IMG/VR virus record: IMGVR_UViG_3300013126_002137
Location: 1 to 53,421 of that record
Length of the DNA: 53,421 nt
DNA from: a virus
Lineage: Duplodnaviria > Caudoviricetes
Strand: one strand, 5' to 3'
Shown in pieces: positions 5,611 to 16,320 of this stretch (position 1 is its first letter; each line of letters opens with the position of its first letter). The position numbers and the translations under genes are program-made. The notes beneath the pieces were generated by a model that worked only from the letters and a program-made list of their open reading frames with translations, was not told the origin of the DNA and did not search any database.

Positions 5611-5633
5611 CATTTAGAATAATTTATTATGAG

Positions 5634-6140
5634 GTGGTTGAAATTGATATTACGGATGACCAAAGAAAAAGAGCAAAAGAGTTATATGAGTTTAACGTTT
5701 TAAAAGGTTCAGTAACTGAAGGTAAAGGAAATGAGGTGGGTGCATTAGGTGAGGTAATTGTTTGGGACCAATATAAAAAGAAAACAAAATATGTTGGTTC
5801 GTATGATTACGATATGATAATAAAAGGTAAAAAAGTTGATGTAAAAACAAAATTACAAAACATGGCACCACAGCCATATCACAGAGCAAATATTTTTGCA
5901 TACAATACTAGACAAAAATGTGATTACTATTGTTTTGTTGCTATTTTAAGTGATTTATCCAAAGGTTGGATAATCGGTTGGAAAGAGAAAGAAAAGTTCT
6001 TTAAAGAGGCTGAATTTCATAAAAAAGGTACTGTTGACAAGAAAGGTTCAGACCCTAATTGGACTTTTAAAGGAGATTGTTATTGTTTAGATAATTCTCA
6101 GTTAGAAACTAAAACTAAAAGGGAAAAACTAGATATTTAA
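5634..6140 (+). CDS. PD-(D/E)XK nuclease-like protein
   Basis: GALGE...YDYDM...VDVKTK pattern. Confidence 0.6.
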   Translation: MVEIDITDDQRKRAKELYEFNVLKGSVTEGKGNEVGALGEVIVWDQYKKKTKYVGSYDYDMIIKGKKVDVKTKLQNMAPQPYHRANIFAYNTRQKCDYYCFVAILSDLSKGWIIGWKEKEKFFKEAEFHKKGTVDKKGSDPNWTFKGDCYCLDNSQLETKTKREKLDI

Positions 6141-6156
6141 TAATAAAATTACTAAC

Positions 6157-6651
6157 GTGAAACGAAAAGAGATGGAATTAGTTACAACCTATTTATGTAA
6201 AACAAGTGATATCGGAGTACATTCAAATGTATTCGGTGGTAGGTTAATATCAATAATTGATGAGAGCAGTGCAGCATATGCAGCGCAAATATGCGATACA
6301 CCTAGAATGGTCACAGTTAAAATCGATGATTTAATCTTCGATAAACCAGTAAAGGTGAACAATATAATAAAATTATACGCAAAAGTTTTGGAATTTGGGA
6401 GAACTTCTGTAACTTTGTATGTAGAATTAAGAAAACATGATGTTTATACTGGTGAGCAAGAAATTGCAATAAAAACAAATATTAAGTTTGTTAGGATAAA
6501 TGATGAAGGTAAACCAATTCCGATAACTGATGAGGTTAAGAATAGATATTATGAAAGATTAGAATTTTATGGTAAGGGTTTATTGAGTACAGAGGAAAAA
6601 GAGTTAGCGATGAAAAATGAAAAAGAAGGTAAATCCCATTATCAAGTTTAA
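6157..6651 (+). CDS. Acyl-CoA thioesterase (hotdog fold, YciA-like)
   Basis: DIGVHSNVFGGRLISIIDE...FDKPVKV...GRTSV. Confidence 0.85.
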   Translation: MKRKEMELVTTYLCKTSDIGVHSNVFGGRLISIIDESSAAYAAQICDTPRMVTVKIDDLIFDKPVKVNNIIKLYAKVLEFGRTSVTLYVELRKHDVYTGEQEIAIKTNIKFVRINDEGKPIPITDEVKNRYYERLEFYGKGLLSTEEKELAMKNEKEGKSHYQV

Positions 6652-6856
6652 CGGTGGTGAACCAGTTGCTTTATGTAACAAATGTGGTGCAGTTATGTGT
6701 TATGTTAGTTGTAGAGAAGAAGATGGTGAATTTTGCAAAGTAAAAGAAATTAGAAATCTTAATGGGGTTAACTATATATCAACACCAATTGGACAAACAC
6801 CACCACCGTACTGTAACATATGTGAACCATTGTATAATTATTCTTTAAATGAATGA
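6617..6856 (+). CDS. Small Cys-rich protein
   Basis: CNKC and CNIC pairs. Confidence 0.65.
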   Translation: MKKKVNPIIKFNGGEPVALCNKCGAVMCYVSCREEDGEFCKVKEIRNLNGVNYISTPIGQTPPPYCNICEPLYNYSLNE

Positions 6857-6937
6857 ATTATGGATTATAACGTAAATAATATAAGAACATTGGCAGAATA
6901 TTTGTTCTGCTATGTTAATAGATACCCGAATTAGTAT

Positions 6938-7183
6938 ATGGAATATTATATGGAAATTATGGCATATTTTGCCTCAGTAATAGTGCTTATATCTTTTATG
7001 GTTAAAGATATCGTACTTTTGCGTTTACTAAATATGTTAGGTTGTTTATTGTTTTTAACTTATTCAACTTATCATGAAAGATACCCATTGGTTTTTTTAA
7101 ACTTTATGGTTATAGTTGTTAATTTAATTTATATTTACAAACCATTAGTTGTTTTATGGAAGGGACGTTTAAAAAAGAGATAA
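6938..7183 (+). CDS. Small membrane protein (YgjV-like)
   Basis: ASVIVLISFMVKDIVLLRLLNMLGCLLF. Confidence 0.7.
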   Translation: MEYYMEIMAYFASVIVLISFMVKDIVLLRLLNMLGCLLFLTYSTYHERYPLVFLNFMVIVVNLIYIYKPLVVLWKGRLKKR

Positions 7184-7347
7184 TAGGTAATGAGTTATAC
7201 CTATTCAACGCAAAAGGTGAATTAATATTTAAACGTTGGTTAAACCAAGGTTATTCAAAAATATTCACACCGTTTGCTTACGGTAAAAATGACACGTATA
7301 TGTCAATAACTGAAAAAGATGGTAAAATAATACGTAAACAGAAATGA
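7156..7347 (+). CDS. Hypothetical protein
   Basis: Overlap-coupled ORF. Confidence 0.6.
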   Translation: MEGTFKKEIIGNELYLFNAKGELIFKRWLNQGYSKIFTPFAYGKNDTYMSITEKDGKIIRKQK

Positions 7348-7850
7348 TTAGTATTATAGTGGCCGCTTCTATTAATATGGTAATTGGTAAAAACAATCAA
7401 TTACCATGGCATATCCCTAGTGATTTAAAGTTGTTTAAAGAACTAACAATAGGTAAACGAATATACATGGGTAGGAAGTGTTGGGAATCACTTCCAGAGA
7501 AATTTAGACCACTACCAAATAGAGAAAATATTGTAATCACCAGAGATGAAAACTATAAAGCAAAAGGTGCTTTTGTTTTTAATGATTTAGAAAAAATAAA
7601 ACGTAGTTTTAAACCAACATCTAGCACTTATGGTTTAAGAGAACATTTTGTTATTGGTGGTGCTGAAATATATAAAGAGTTTTTCCCAATAGCTCAAAAA
7701 CTATATCTAACTGAAGTGTTAACCGAAATTGAAGGAGATACGTATTTAGAAGGTTTTAACCCAGATGAGTGGGAATTAATACACGAAAGTGATATCTATG
7801 AAGAAAACGATTTTAAATTTCGTTTCAAATCTTTTAAAAGAAAATCTTAA
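7344..7850 (+). CDS. folA: Dihydrofolate reductase
   Basis: IGKNNQLPWHIPSDL, MGRKCWESL...RPLPNRENIV, IGGAEIY. Confidence 0.97.
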   Translation: MISIIVAASINMVIGKNNQLPWHIPSDLKLFKELTIGKRIYMGRKCWESLPEKFRPLPNRENIVITRDENYKAKGAFVFNDLEKIKRSFKPTSSTYGLREHFVIGGAEIYKEFFPIAQKLYLTEVLTEIEGDTYLEGFNPDEWELIHESDIYEENDFKFRFKSFKRKS

Positions 7851-7902
7851 AAAAATTTGTTTAATTAATTTTTTGTTTGTACATTTGTGTTATAAATAAT
7901 TT

Positions 7903-8214
7903 ATGGCACAAGAACGCAAAAAAACAGAACCAAAACCAATTGTCAAAACTGAACCTAAAAAAAGAGTTTCAGAGCCAGTAGCTAAAGAAACTCCTAAGAA
8001 AGAGGTTAAAGTACAACAAAAAGTTGAGGAACCAGTGGAATCAAAAACCAAAAGAAGTGAAAATAAATATGTTAGAATTGCTTTGGATGCCAAAGCTGAA
8101 GAACGGAATGAATTTTCACAAAAGGTTAAAAATGGTGAGTTGAAATATGCATTTTATGCAACAGATAATGATAAAGGTTATCATTATTATTTAGTAATTA
8201 AAAAACAAAAATAG
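7903..8214 (+). CDS. Hypothetical protein, low-complexity N-terminus
   Basis: ORF after promoter 7880. Confidence 0.7.
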   Translation: MAQERKKTEPKPIVKTEPKKRVSEPVAKETPKKEVKVQQKVEEPVESKTKRSENKYVRIALDAKAEERNEFSQKVKNGELKYAFYATDNDKGYHYYLVIKKQK

Positions 8215-8215
8215 T

Positions 8216-8788
8216 ATGGCTAATACAATGACAAATATTGTTAAAATCTTTGCTAATGATGAGGCAATAGACAAAATCAATGAAAGATTTGAAGTTGCTG
8301 GTGGTTACAGCGACATGGTAGAATTTGCAAAAGCGTTTTATGATGTACCAGAAATTATTGAAGGTGGGGTTAGTGTTTCATGGTCATTAGACAATATGGG
8401 TTCTAAATGGGTTTATATTGAGAATGATATTGATATGGATAGATGGAATATCGCATCTGCTTATTATTACCCACATGACTTTTTAAAACATCTATTCAAT
8501 TTAGTAACAGACATTGACCCAGAAGCATATATTGTAAACAAATATCAAGATGAAACTTATAGTCCATGTGGTGTTGTTGTTTATAAAAAAGATTCTGAGG
8601 GTGAACCTATGTGGTATGATTATGAAGAAGAATTTGAAGACCCAACTGATGACATGGATTGGGATGATGAGGGTTATGATGATGCTAGAGAAGATTTCAT
8701 ATATAAAATAGAAAATTTCCACGATGAACATGAAGAATATTGTATCAAAATGATTGATGAAGGGGATGGTAGAACGTTTGACGAATAA
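8216..8788 (+). CDS. Acidic hypothetical protein
   Basis: Operon-packed ORF. Confidence 0.75.
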   Translation: MANTMTNIVKIFANDEAIDKINERFEVAGGYSDMVEFAKAFYDVPEIIEGGVSVSWSLDNMGSKWVYIENDIDMDRWNIASAYYYPHDFLKHLFNLVTDIDPEAYIVNKYQDETYSPCGVVVYKKDSEGEPMWYDYEEEFEDPTDDMDWDDEGYDDAREDFIYKIENFHDEHEEYCIKMIDEGDGRTFDE

Positions 8789-8800
8789 AAAAATAAGAAA

Positions 8801-9196
8801 ATGAAATTAAAAGAAAGAATAAACGCAGATTTTATGGCAGCGTTTAAAGCAAAACAAATGGAAAAGAAAAACTTTTTGGGTGTAGTGAAAGGTGAAATCC
8901 AAAATGAAGTAGGTCGTTCTGGTAAAGACGATGATGAAACAGTTATGGGTATTTTAAAGAAAATTGAAAAGTCTTTGAAACAAACAAACACAGCTGAATC
9001 ATTGGCTGAGTTAGAATACATCAAACCTTATTTACCAGAATTGATGAATGAAACTACTATCCGTTCTATTGTTGAAACATTTAAGAATGATGGTATTACT
9101 GATGTTGGTAGAATGATGGGTGTGTTTAACAAAGAGTATAAATGTAAAGCAGATAATGCGGTAGTTTCTAAAATCGTTAAAGAAGTATTAGCATGA
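8801..9196 (+). CDS. yqeY: GatB/YqeY domain protein
   Basis: LKERINADFMAAFKAK...YLPELM...GRMMG...ADNAVVSKIVKEVL. Confidence 0.88.
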   Translation: MKLKERINADFMAAFKAKQMEKKNFLGVVKGEIQNEVGRSGKDDDETVMGILKKIEKSLKQTNTAESLAELEYIKPYLPELMNETTIRSIVETFKNDGITDVGRMMGVFNKEYKCKADNAVVSKIVKEVLA

Positions 9197-9570
9197 TAGG
9201 TTATTTATTATTTATAATATTGGTGCATTGGTTTGCAGATTTCGTTCTGCAAACGCACCATATGAGTACTAGAAAAAGTAGTAGTAATTATTATCTAACT
9301 ATGCATGTTACTGTATATACTTTTGCTACTATTCTTTTATGGTCTTTGGTTTTTCCTTTTACACCGTTACATATAACAAGTTTAGGTGTTTGGTTATCTT
9401 TTGTTGTTATTTTTGTGACACATTGGGTTACCGATTACTTTACTAGTAGATTAACTAGTAAATTATATAAAGAAGAAAGATATCATGACTTTTTTGTGGT
9501 AATAGGGTTTGGCCAAGTGTTGCATTACACACAATTATTATTAACCTTTTATTATATATTACAATTATGA
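9193..9570 (+). CDS. DUF3307-like membrane protein
   Basis: HWFADFVLQ...HWVTD...QVLH. Confidence 0.75.
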   Translation: MIGYLLFIILVHWFADFVLQTHHMSTRKSSSNYYLTMHVTVYTFATILLWSLVFPFTPLHITSLGVWLSFVVIFVTHWVTDYFTSRLTSKLYKEERYHDFFVVIGFGQVLHYTQLLLTFYYILQL

Positions 9571-10163
9571 GAATAAAATTAGAACATCAACGTATTTGGT
9601 TTGCTTCTGATTACCATTTTTGTCACTCTAACGTGATAAAATATGATGAACGACCATTTAAAAACGTTGATGATATGCATGAAGCACTAATTGAAAACTG
9701 GAATCACTATGTTTCAGAGGATGATTTGGTGTTTTATTTGGGTGATTTGTCTTTTGATAAGAATGGAAAAGAAACTTATGACTTGGTTCACCAGTTAAAA
9801 GGGCAAATTCACTACATTATGGGTAACCATGACAAAGAAAAAGACATAAAAAAGCTAAATCGTTTTGAAACTATTAGTGATTATGTTAATTTATCGGTCT
9901 TGGATGAAGATAATCCTAGAAAATGGCAAGATATTATGATGATGCACTACCCAATACTATCTTGGGACAAGGCTCACCATGGTGCTTGGCATTTACATGG
10001 TCACTGTCATGGGTCATTGATGAAAGATACAAACTATGATTGGTATTATAAAAATAAAGTAATGGATGTAGGTTGCTGCATGACAGATTACCACCCACTA
10101 CATTACACTGACGTGAAAGAAATCATGTCAACAAAAGAAATAGAAAAAGTAGGACACCACTAA
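9567..10163 (+). CDS. Calcineurin-like metallophosphoesterase
   Basis: SDYHF, LGD, GNHD, HYP, HGHCH. Confidence 0.92.
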   Translation: MRIKLEHQRIWFASDYHFCHSNVIKYDERPFKNVDDMHEALIENWNHYVSEDDLVFYLGDLSFDKNGKETYDLVHQLKGQIHYIMGNHDKEKDIKKLNRFETISDYVNLSVLDEDNPRKWQDIMMMHYPILSWDKAHHGAWHLHGHCHGSLMKDTNYDWYYKNKVMDVGCCMTDYHPLHYTDVKEIMSTKEIEKVGHH

Positions 10164-10175
10164 AACTAAAATAAA

Positions 10176-11540
10176 ATGGGAGCGAAAAAGAAAATTAAAA
10201 CATTACCATTAAATGAAGGTAATATTAAAGAAATCGAAATAACAATGGATGAGATAATGAAAAATATTAGAAAAGGTTCTAAAGGTAAAAATGTTTTATT
10301 ATCTGGTTTGGTTGAAGAAATTGAAGTACCATTATATGATTCATATGATGAACAAGAAGATAATTACGAAGAAGATGATGACTACACTTCTACTAATCAA
10401 ACAATAGATGGTACATTTGTTGAATTAGCGTTGATTAATAGTTATTTGTATGATTGCTTTAAAAAACGACAAAAAGACGTTATCGTTACATCATATGGTA
10501 CTACTGATGGTTTAGGTAGAATGTATCTGAACGGTAGTTTTGATAACACTAGTTCATTTTGGTTCGAGTGTGTTATGCCAGATTCAGATAATAAATTTTT
10601 CTTCCAAACAAAAATATTTGTTGATAATAGAAGTGAATTACAAGTTCAGTTGCACATAACAATACAAAACGGTATTTCATCTGATAAAATTAATGAATTG
10701 ATTGATGAGATAAAACATTTGGCATTTAACAATTCTGAATACAAAGGTAAATGTATCAAAGTTAAATTGAGAGATGGTCGATTCAAAGGTATTGAAATCA
10801 TAAACATCAAAGAGTCTTCAAATGAGTTGATATTGAATGATGTTCAAACAAAGTTTATTGAACATTTTATTGCTCGTGTTAGTAGAGGTGGTAACGCTAG
10901 ATATTTGTTAAACGGAGAACCAGGAACTGGTAAAACGGAATCAATTCGTGAAATTGCTAGACGATTAATACCCAATGTAACATTTGTTATTCCAGAATTT
11001 TACTCAACAAATGATTTAACTATGATTATGGAGGGTTGTGAGATTTTCGATAACGCTGTAATTATCATGGATGATATTGACTTATTCTTAGGTTCACGTG
11101 ATAACGGAAGTTACACATCATTGTTAGGTCAATTCTTATCGTTCTTTGATGGGGTTAAGAAAAGAAAAATCAGCTTGTTAGCATCTACTAATGACAAAGG
11201 ATTGGTTGATAAAGCTGCGGAAAGACCTGGACGTTTTAACTTTACGTTAGATTATAGTTTCTTAAATGAAGACCAAATCGTTAAAGTGTGTAATATTCAC
11301 TTACCAGAGAAATGGAGAGTTAAAGAAGTTTACAATGCGCTTAATGAAAACATAAATGGTAAAAAACCAAATATTACTGGTGCGTTCATTGCTAACTTGG
11401 CTGATAACATCAAAGAGATGTCAGAAGATGATGAAAATTGGAAGTTGGAAGACACCGTTTCTCTTATCAAAGAATCTTACAAAGGGTTCTATTCAAGTCA
11501 AGTAGAAAAAGAAAAATCCAGTATGGGTTTTATTAGATAA
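10176..11540 (+). CDS. AAA+ ATPase
   Basis: GEPGTGKT, IIMDDID, STN, RPGRF. Confidence 0.9.
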   Translation: MGAKKKIKTLPLNEGNIKEIEITMDEIMKNIRKGSKGKNVLLSGLVEEIEVPLYDSYDEQEDNYEEDDDYTSTNQTIDGTFVELALINSYLYDCFKKRQKDVIVTSYGTTDGLGRMYLNGSFDNTSSFWFECVMPDSDNKFFFQTKIFVDNRSELQVQLHITIQNGISSDKINELIDEIKHLAFNNSEYKGKCIKVKLRDGRFKGIEIINIKESSNELILNDVQTKFIEHFIARVSRGGNARYLLNGEPGTGKTESIREIARRLIPNVTFVIPEFYSTNDLTMIMEGCEIFDNAVIIMDDIDLFLGSRDNGSYTSLLGQFLSFFDGVKKRKISLLASTNDKGLVDKAAERPGRFNFTLDYSFLNEDQIVKVCNIHLPEKWRVKEVYNALNENINGKKPNITGAFIANLADNIKEMSEDDENWKLEDTVSLIKESYKGFYSSQVEKEKSSMGFIR

Positions 11541-11579
11541 AAAAAAATCCGAATAAGTTTGATTATTCGGATTTTTTTT
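11540..11579 (+). terminator. Terminator hairpin overlapping the next promoter
   Basis: AAAAAAATCCGAATAA/TTATTCGGATTTTTTT; -7 box at 11581. Confidence 0.8.
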
Positions 11580-11610
11580 GTACATTTGTATTATTAAAAT
11601 AAAGAGTTTT

Positions 11611-12621
11611 ATGGAACCAAAAAACAATGTAGAAGACACAATCAAAAATGCTGAGATTGGTGTAGTTGTTGCCCGTTTTCAAGTACATAAATTGCATGAG
11701 GGTCATATTAAATTAATCGATAAAGTTATCGAAAATCACAAGAAAGTTATTATATTTTTAGGTGTTCCAATAATTGGTAACACTAAATCTAACCCATTAG
11801 ATTATGCAACTAGAGAAGCGATGGTTAAAGAAGTTTATCCAAATGTAATCGTATTACCGTTAAAAGACCAAAGGTCAAATCAAAAATGGTCTAGTGAGTT
11901 AGATAACCTTATCCAAGTACCGTTTGGTGAACGCAGTGCGTTGAGTGCTGTTTTATATGGTAGTCGTGACTCATTTATACCATATTATTCTGGAAAATAT
12001 CCAGTTATTGAATTTACAACTGACATCATTTATTCTGGTACTGAAGTTAGAAAACAAGTTTCAAAAGAAATCTTATCATCAACCGATTTTAGGGCTGGTA
12101 TTATTCATGCAACATACGCTGCAAGACCAGTTACTTATCCAACAGTTGATATAACTGTTTACAATGATAAAGGACAAATTTTATTAGCTAAAAAACCTAA
12201 CGAACCACATTATCGTTTTATTGGTGGTTTTGTTGATAGAACCGATGAGTCATGGGAGGTTGCTGCTAGACGTGAATTTAGAGAAGAAACTGGTGGTAAT
12301 GCAGAGATTGACACACCAAGATATGTTTGTAGTGGCGCAATCAAAGATTGGCGTTATGCTAAAACGGAATCTGGTATCATGACATCATTGTTTATTAGTA
12401 AATTCTTATGGGGTAGAATTGAACCATCTGATGATATCTTTAGTTTACATTGGATTGACCCATCTAGTTTAAAAACTAATGAGATAATGGAAGAACATCA
12501 AGAACTATTTAAAAATTTGATGGATTATCTAAAACGTAATAACACGTTGGAAGATGCTAAAAATGAAGTATCAGAAGCAATAAAAAAAGCGAAAGAAAAA
12601 TACGGAGAAAGTATAGCATGA
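11611..12621 (+). CDS. nadM: Bifunctional NMN adenylyltransferase / ADP-ribose pyrophosphatase (NadM-Nudix)
   Basis: ARFQVHKLHEGH (HxGH), NPL, SGTEVR; Nudix box GGFVDRTDESWEVAARREFREETG. Confidence 0.93.
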   Translation: MEPKNNVEDTIKNAEIGVVVARFQVHKLHEGHIKLIDKVIENHKKVIIFLGVPIIGNTKSNPLDYATREAMVKEVYPNVIVLPLKDQRSNQKWSSELDNLIQVPFGERSALSAVLYGSRDSFIPYYSGKYPVIEFTTDIIYSGTEVRKQVSKEILSSTDFRAGIIHATYAARPVTYPTVDITVYNDKGQILLAKKPNEPHYRFIGGFVDRTDESWEVAARREFREETGGNAEIDTPRYVCSGAIKDWRYAKTESGIMTSLFISKFLWGRIEPSDDIFSLHWIDPSSLKTNEIMEEHQELFKNLMDYLKRNNTLEDAKNEVSEAIKKAKEKYGESIA

Positions 12622-12956
12622 AAGTAGCGGTAATTGGTTCCAGAAGTTTTAATGATTACGAATTAGTAAAAGAAACATTGAAACACTACGCAATAACTTT
12701 ATTGGTTAGTGGCGGTGCTAAAGGTGCTGACTCGTTGGGTGAAAGATATGCAAATGAAAATAACATTCAAACACTTATCTTTAAACCAGATTGGGAAAAA
12801 CATGGTAGAGCTGCTGGCATGATTAGAAACACTGATATCATTAATAATGCTGACACAATAATAGCGTTTTGGGATGGTGAAAGTAAAGGAACCAAAGATA
12901 GTTTAACAAAAGCTGAAAAATTAGGAAAAAACATAATATTAATAAAAACAAAGTAG
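12618..12956 (+). CDS. SLOG-superfamily (YspA/DUF2493-like) protein
   Basis: IGSRSFNDY, VSGGAKGADSLGE, AGMIRN, FWDGESKGT. Confidence 0.85.
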   Translation: MKVAVIGSRSFNDYELVKETLKHYAITLLVSGGAKGADSLGERYANENNIQTLIFKPDWEKHGRAAGMIRNTDIINNADTIIAFWDGESKGTKDSLTKAEKLGKNIILIKTK

Positions 12957-12957
12957 T

Positions 12958-14577
12958 ATGCAATCAGAAACTAGAAAAATGAAAAGAAGTTTAGCACTTA
13001 AAGAAGTGATTAAAACTAGATTAGCAGAAGCCATCAAAAATAAAGATTGGTCTTCAATCGAAACATTAGAAGGTCTTATCACAAAAGCGTTAGATAAACC
13101 TAATAACCTTATCCTTATGGGTGATGCGTATAAATACTCACACCACAAATTCTATGAGGATAACACAACACTTATTTATTCATACATGGAATCACGTGGT
13201 GGTCGTTTCAATGAAACTGTATGGTATGGTCTTGAAATGTTCATTAAAGAATATTTAGAAGGTGTTGCAATCACACAAGAAGAATTAGATGAAGCATATG
13301 AGTACTTGGGCACAAAATATGGTGTATTTGGTCGTGAAGATGTCTTTGATAAATCTAAATTCCAATACATTATCGATGTTCATGGTGGTAAGTTACCAGT
13401 ACGTATCAAAGCAGTACCAGAGGGTACAGTTGTAGGTGTTAAAAACGTTCTTATGACTATTGAGAATACTGACCCTAATTGCTATTGGTTAACTAATTTC
13501 TTAGAAACAATTATGATGCAATTATGGTATCCAATTACAGTTGCAACATTGTCACGTGAAGTTAAGAAAATTGTTATTGAATACTACCAAAAAACATCAG
13601 CATTGCCAGAACATATTATGAACACTGTTATCGAGTTCGTATTGAATGACTTTGGTTTCAGAGGTGTATCATCTGTACAATCAGCTGGCTATGGTGGTTC
13701 AGCCCATTTAATTAACTTTATGGGTTCTGACACAACTGTTGCATCAAAACGTATTTGTGATTATTACAATACTGACACTGTATTTGGTTTATCAGTACCA
13801 GCAACTGAACACTCTATCATGACAATGAAAGGTGAAGCTGGTGAAGTTGAAATGATGAGAAGAACATTGGAGAAATATCCTACTGGTATTGTTGCTTGTG
13901 TGTCTGACTCTTACCATATCTTACGTGCATGTACTGAATATTGGGGAACTGAATTACGTGATTTGATTTTATCTCGTCCAGCAGAACCAGGTAACCAACT
14001 TGTTATTCGTCCAGATAGTGGTCACGTTGTCAATACTTTAAAAGAAGTGTTTGCGATTTTGTTTGACAAATTTGGTTATACGGTAAACGATAAAGGGTTC
14101 AAAGTATTACCACCACAAGTTCGTGTTATCCAAGGTGATGGTGTAAATATCAATTCAATTCGTGAGATTTACGAAGAATTATACAGATTAGGTATTTCTG
14201 CTGAGAATATAGTGTTTGGTATGGGTGGTAAATTGTTACAAGCTGACATCAATCGTGATACACAAAATTTTGCAACAAAAGCATGTTTTGCAATTGTTAA
14301 TGGTGAGCAACGTGATTTGGTTAAATCACCAACTGAAATTGATGAAAATGGTGAATTAAAACCATCATTCAAAAAATCTAAACAAGGTAGATTGAAATTG
14401 GTTAAAGATTACACAAATAATGTTTATAAAACAGTTACATCATTAGAAGATGAATATGAAAGAGCACATGATTCTTTGGTTACTGTTTTTGAAGATGGTA
14501 AATTGTTAACTGAAACACCATTTGAAACTATCAGAAGTAGAGCTAAAATTTATAATTTAAACTTAGAAATAGCATAA
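12958..14577 (+). CDS. nadV: Nicotinamide phosphoribosyltransferase
   Basis: DAYKYSH, DFGFRG, PATEHS, VSDSY, IRPDSG, QGDG. Confidence 0.95.
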   Translation: MQSETRKMKRSLALKEVIKTRLAEAIKNKDWSSIETLEGLITKALDKPNNLILMGDAYKYSHHKFYEDNTTLIYSYMESRGGRFNETVWYGLEMFIKEYLEGVAITQEELDEAYEYLGTKYGVFGREDVFDKSKFQYIIDVHGGKLPVRIKAVPEGTVVGVKNVLMTIENTDPNCYWLTNFLETIMMQLWYPITVATLSREVKKIVIEYYQKTSALPEHIMNTVIEFVLNDFGFRGVSSVQSAGYGGSAHLINFMGSDTTVASKRICDYYNTDTVFGLSVPATEHSIMTMKGEAGEVEMMRRTLEKYPTGIVACVSDSYHILRACTEYWGTELRDLILSRPAEPGNQLVIRPDSGHVVNTLKEVFAILFDKFGYTVNDKGFKVLPPQVRVIQGDGVNINSIREIYEELYRLGISAENIVFGMGGKLLQADINRDTQNFATKACFAIVNGEQRDLVKSPTEIDENGELKPSFKKSKQGRLKLVKDYTNNVYKTVTSLEDEYERAHDSLVTVFEDGKLLTETPFETIRSRAKIYNLNLEIA

Positions 14578-15065
14578 TGACAACAGATAAATTTGTATTC
14601 TTTTGGGGTGGGACATTCAGTCAATGGTGTCCCTCCACTTTTGAAATCGGTGGATTTCAATATAATTGCTGTGAGCAATACATGATGGCACAAAAAGCGT
14701 TATTATTTGATGATTTTGTTGCCTACAATGAAATAATGGAAACTAATAAACCAATGGCTCAAAAAGCTATTGGTCGAAGAGTTAAAGGGTTTGATAAAGA
14801 GAAATGGGAATCGGTTTGTAGAGAAATCGTTTACGATGCAAACTATGCAAAGTTTACTCAAAACCCTAAAATGTTAGCTGAATTAATGGCTACTGGCGAC
14901 AGAGAAATAGTAGAAGCTAGTCCAGAAGATAAAATCTGGGGTATTGGTTTACATGAATCTGATGAAAGAGTTCATGATAAATCAAAATGGCAAGGTACTA
15001 ACTGGTTAGGTGAAGCTATCATGCAAGTTAGAGAAAAATTAAAAACTATTAAAATTGAAATGTAA
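14577..15065 (+). CDS. ybiA: NADAR family protein
   Basis: FSQW, EQYMMAQKALLF, EASPEDKIWGIG, GTNWLG. Confidence 0.93.
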   Translation: MTTDKFVFFWGGTFSQWCPSTFEIGGFQYNCCEQYMMAQKALLFDDFVAYNEIMETNKPMAQKAIGRRVKGFDKEKWESVCREIVYDANYAKFTQNPKMLAELMATGDREIVEASPEDKIWGIGLHESDERVHDKSKWQGTNWLGEAIMQVREKLKTIKIEM

Positions 15066-15520
15066 TGATTAGATATGTAGATGGCGATTTAGTGCAAATG
15101 GCCAAAGAAGGTAAATTCGATGTAATAGCACACGGTTGTAACTGTTTTTGTGCTATGGGTGCTGGTATTGCACCACAAATTAAAAAAGCTTTTCCAGAAG
15201 CTTATGAAGCTGATTGTACAACAATAGCTGGTGATGAAAATAAAATGGGTACTATTACACATACTGTTTACAGTAAACCAACGGTTGTAAACATATATTC
15301 ACAATACGATACCAAAGGTAGACGTAGTGGCAATATGGATTTGGACTATGATGCATTGCGTTCTGGATTAAAAGCGATGAAAGAAAAGTTTTCTGGTAAA
15401 ACATTTGGTCTTCCTATGATTGGTGCTGGTTTAGCTGGTGGTGATTGGGATATCATTGAAAAAATCATTGAAGAAGAAATGTTAGGTGAATATGTAACAA
15501 TTGTAAGATACGTACCATGA
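15065..15520 (+). CDS. Macrodomain protein
   Basis: GDL, HGCNCFCAMGAGIA, PMIGAGLAGGDW. Confidence 0.93.
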   Translation: MIRYVDGDLVQMAKEGKFDVIAHGCNCFCAMGAGIAPQIKKAFPEAYEADCTTIAGDENKMGTITHTVYSKPTVVNIYSQYDTKGRRSGNMDLDYDALRSGLKAMKEKFSGKTFGLPMIGAGLAGGDWDIIEKIIEEEMLGEYVTIVRYVP

Positions 15521-15807
15521 AAATATTCTTTATAGATAAACCAATACAAGATGCGAATACTATTGAAAAACAATTAATTGATGGTAGAGTAGTTTATTGG
15601 ACTGTGGTTAGTGAGTGTATGAAAGTAAATGAAACATTCAAAGAATGGTTAATTAGAAAGGGTGAAAGGATTAATACACACCCTAATTATAGTTCGGTAG
15701 AAGGTCTTTTAATCTATGATATGCAACCAATCGTTTCAATACCTTATGAAGGTAAAAGTCATAGTAGTATGATTATTAGGTATGCTTTTTTAAGAAAAAT
15801 ACTTTAA
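15517..15807 (+). CDS. Hypothetical protein
   Basis: Overlap-coupled ORF. Confidence 0.6.
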   Translation: MKIFFIDKPIQDANTIEKQLIDGRVVYWTVVSECMKVNETFKEWLIRKGERINTHPNYSSVEGLLIYDMQPIVSIPYEGKSHSSMIIRYAFLRKIL

Positions 15808-15846
15808 AACATTTGATTTTTTAAAAAATTTTAGTACATTTGTCTC

Positions 15847-16320
15847 ATGAAAGTTATATTTTTAGATATTGATGGTGTTATTTGCACCAACTCCACTTAC
15901 GGAAAAGGTACCAACAATAAATGGGGTTCGTATATGTTTGACCAAAAGGCTGTTATATATTTAAACTTTATACTTAGTGAAACGGGTGCTGAAATTATTT
16001 TATCATCTGATTGGCGACATCACTATACTTTACACGAAATGCGTGAGATATTTTGTCACAACGGTGTGTTGAGAGGACCAATAGGTTTCACACCATCACT
16101 TAAAACTTACACTGGTGATAATTTAGAGGGTGGTCGTGCTGATGAAATAAACAAATGGTTACAAGATAACGCATGGAAAAATGATATAAAGTGGGTTGCC
16201 ATTGATGATTTAAACATGGATGAATGGTTACATCCAAATTTTGTTCATTGTCCTAATGGAAATGAGGGGATAAAAAGACAAAATATCAAAGACAAGATAA
16301 TACAAATATTAAATGGATAA
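15847..16320 (+). CDS. HAD phosphatase (Swiss-Army-knife RNA-repair type)
   Basis: FLDIDGV, LSSDWR, RADEI..WL, VAIDD. Confidence 0.85.
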   Translation: MKVIFLDIDGVICTNSTYGKGTNNKWGSYMFDQKAVIYLNFILSETGAEIILSSDWRHHYTLHEMREIFCHNGVLRGPIGFTPSLKTYTGDNLEGGRADEINKWLQDNAWKNDIKWVAIDDLNMDEWLHPNFVHCPNGNEGIKRQNIKDKIIQILNG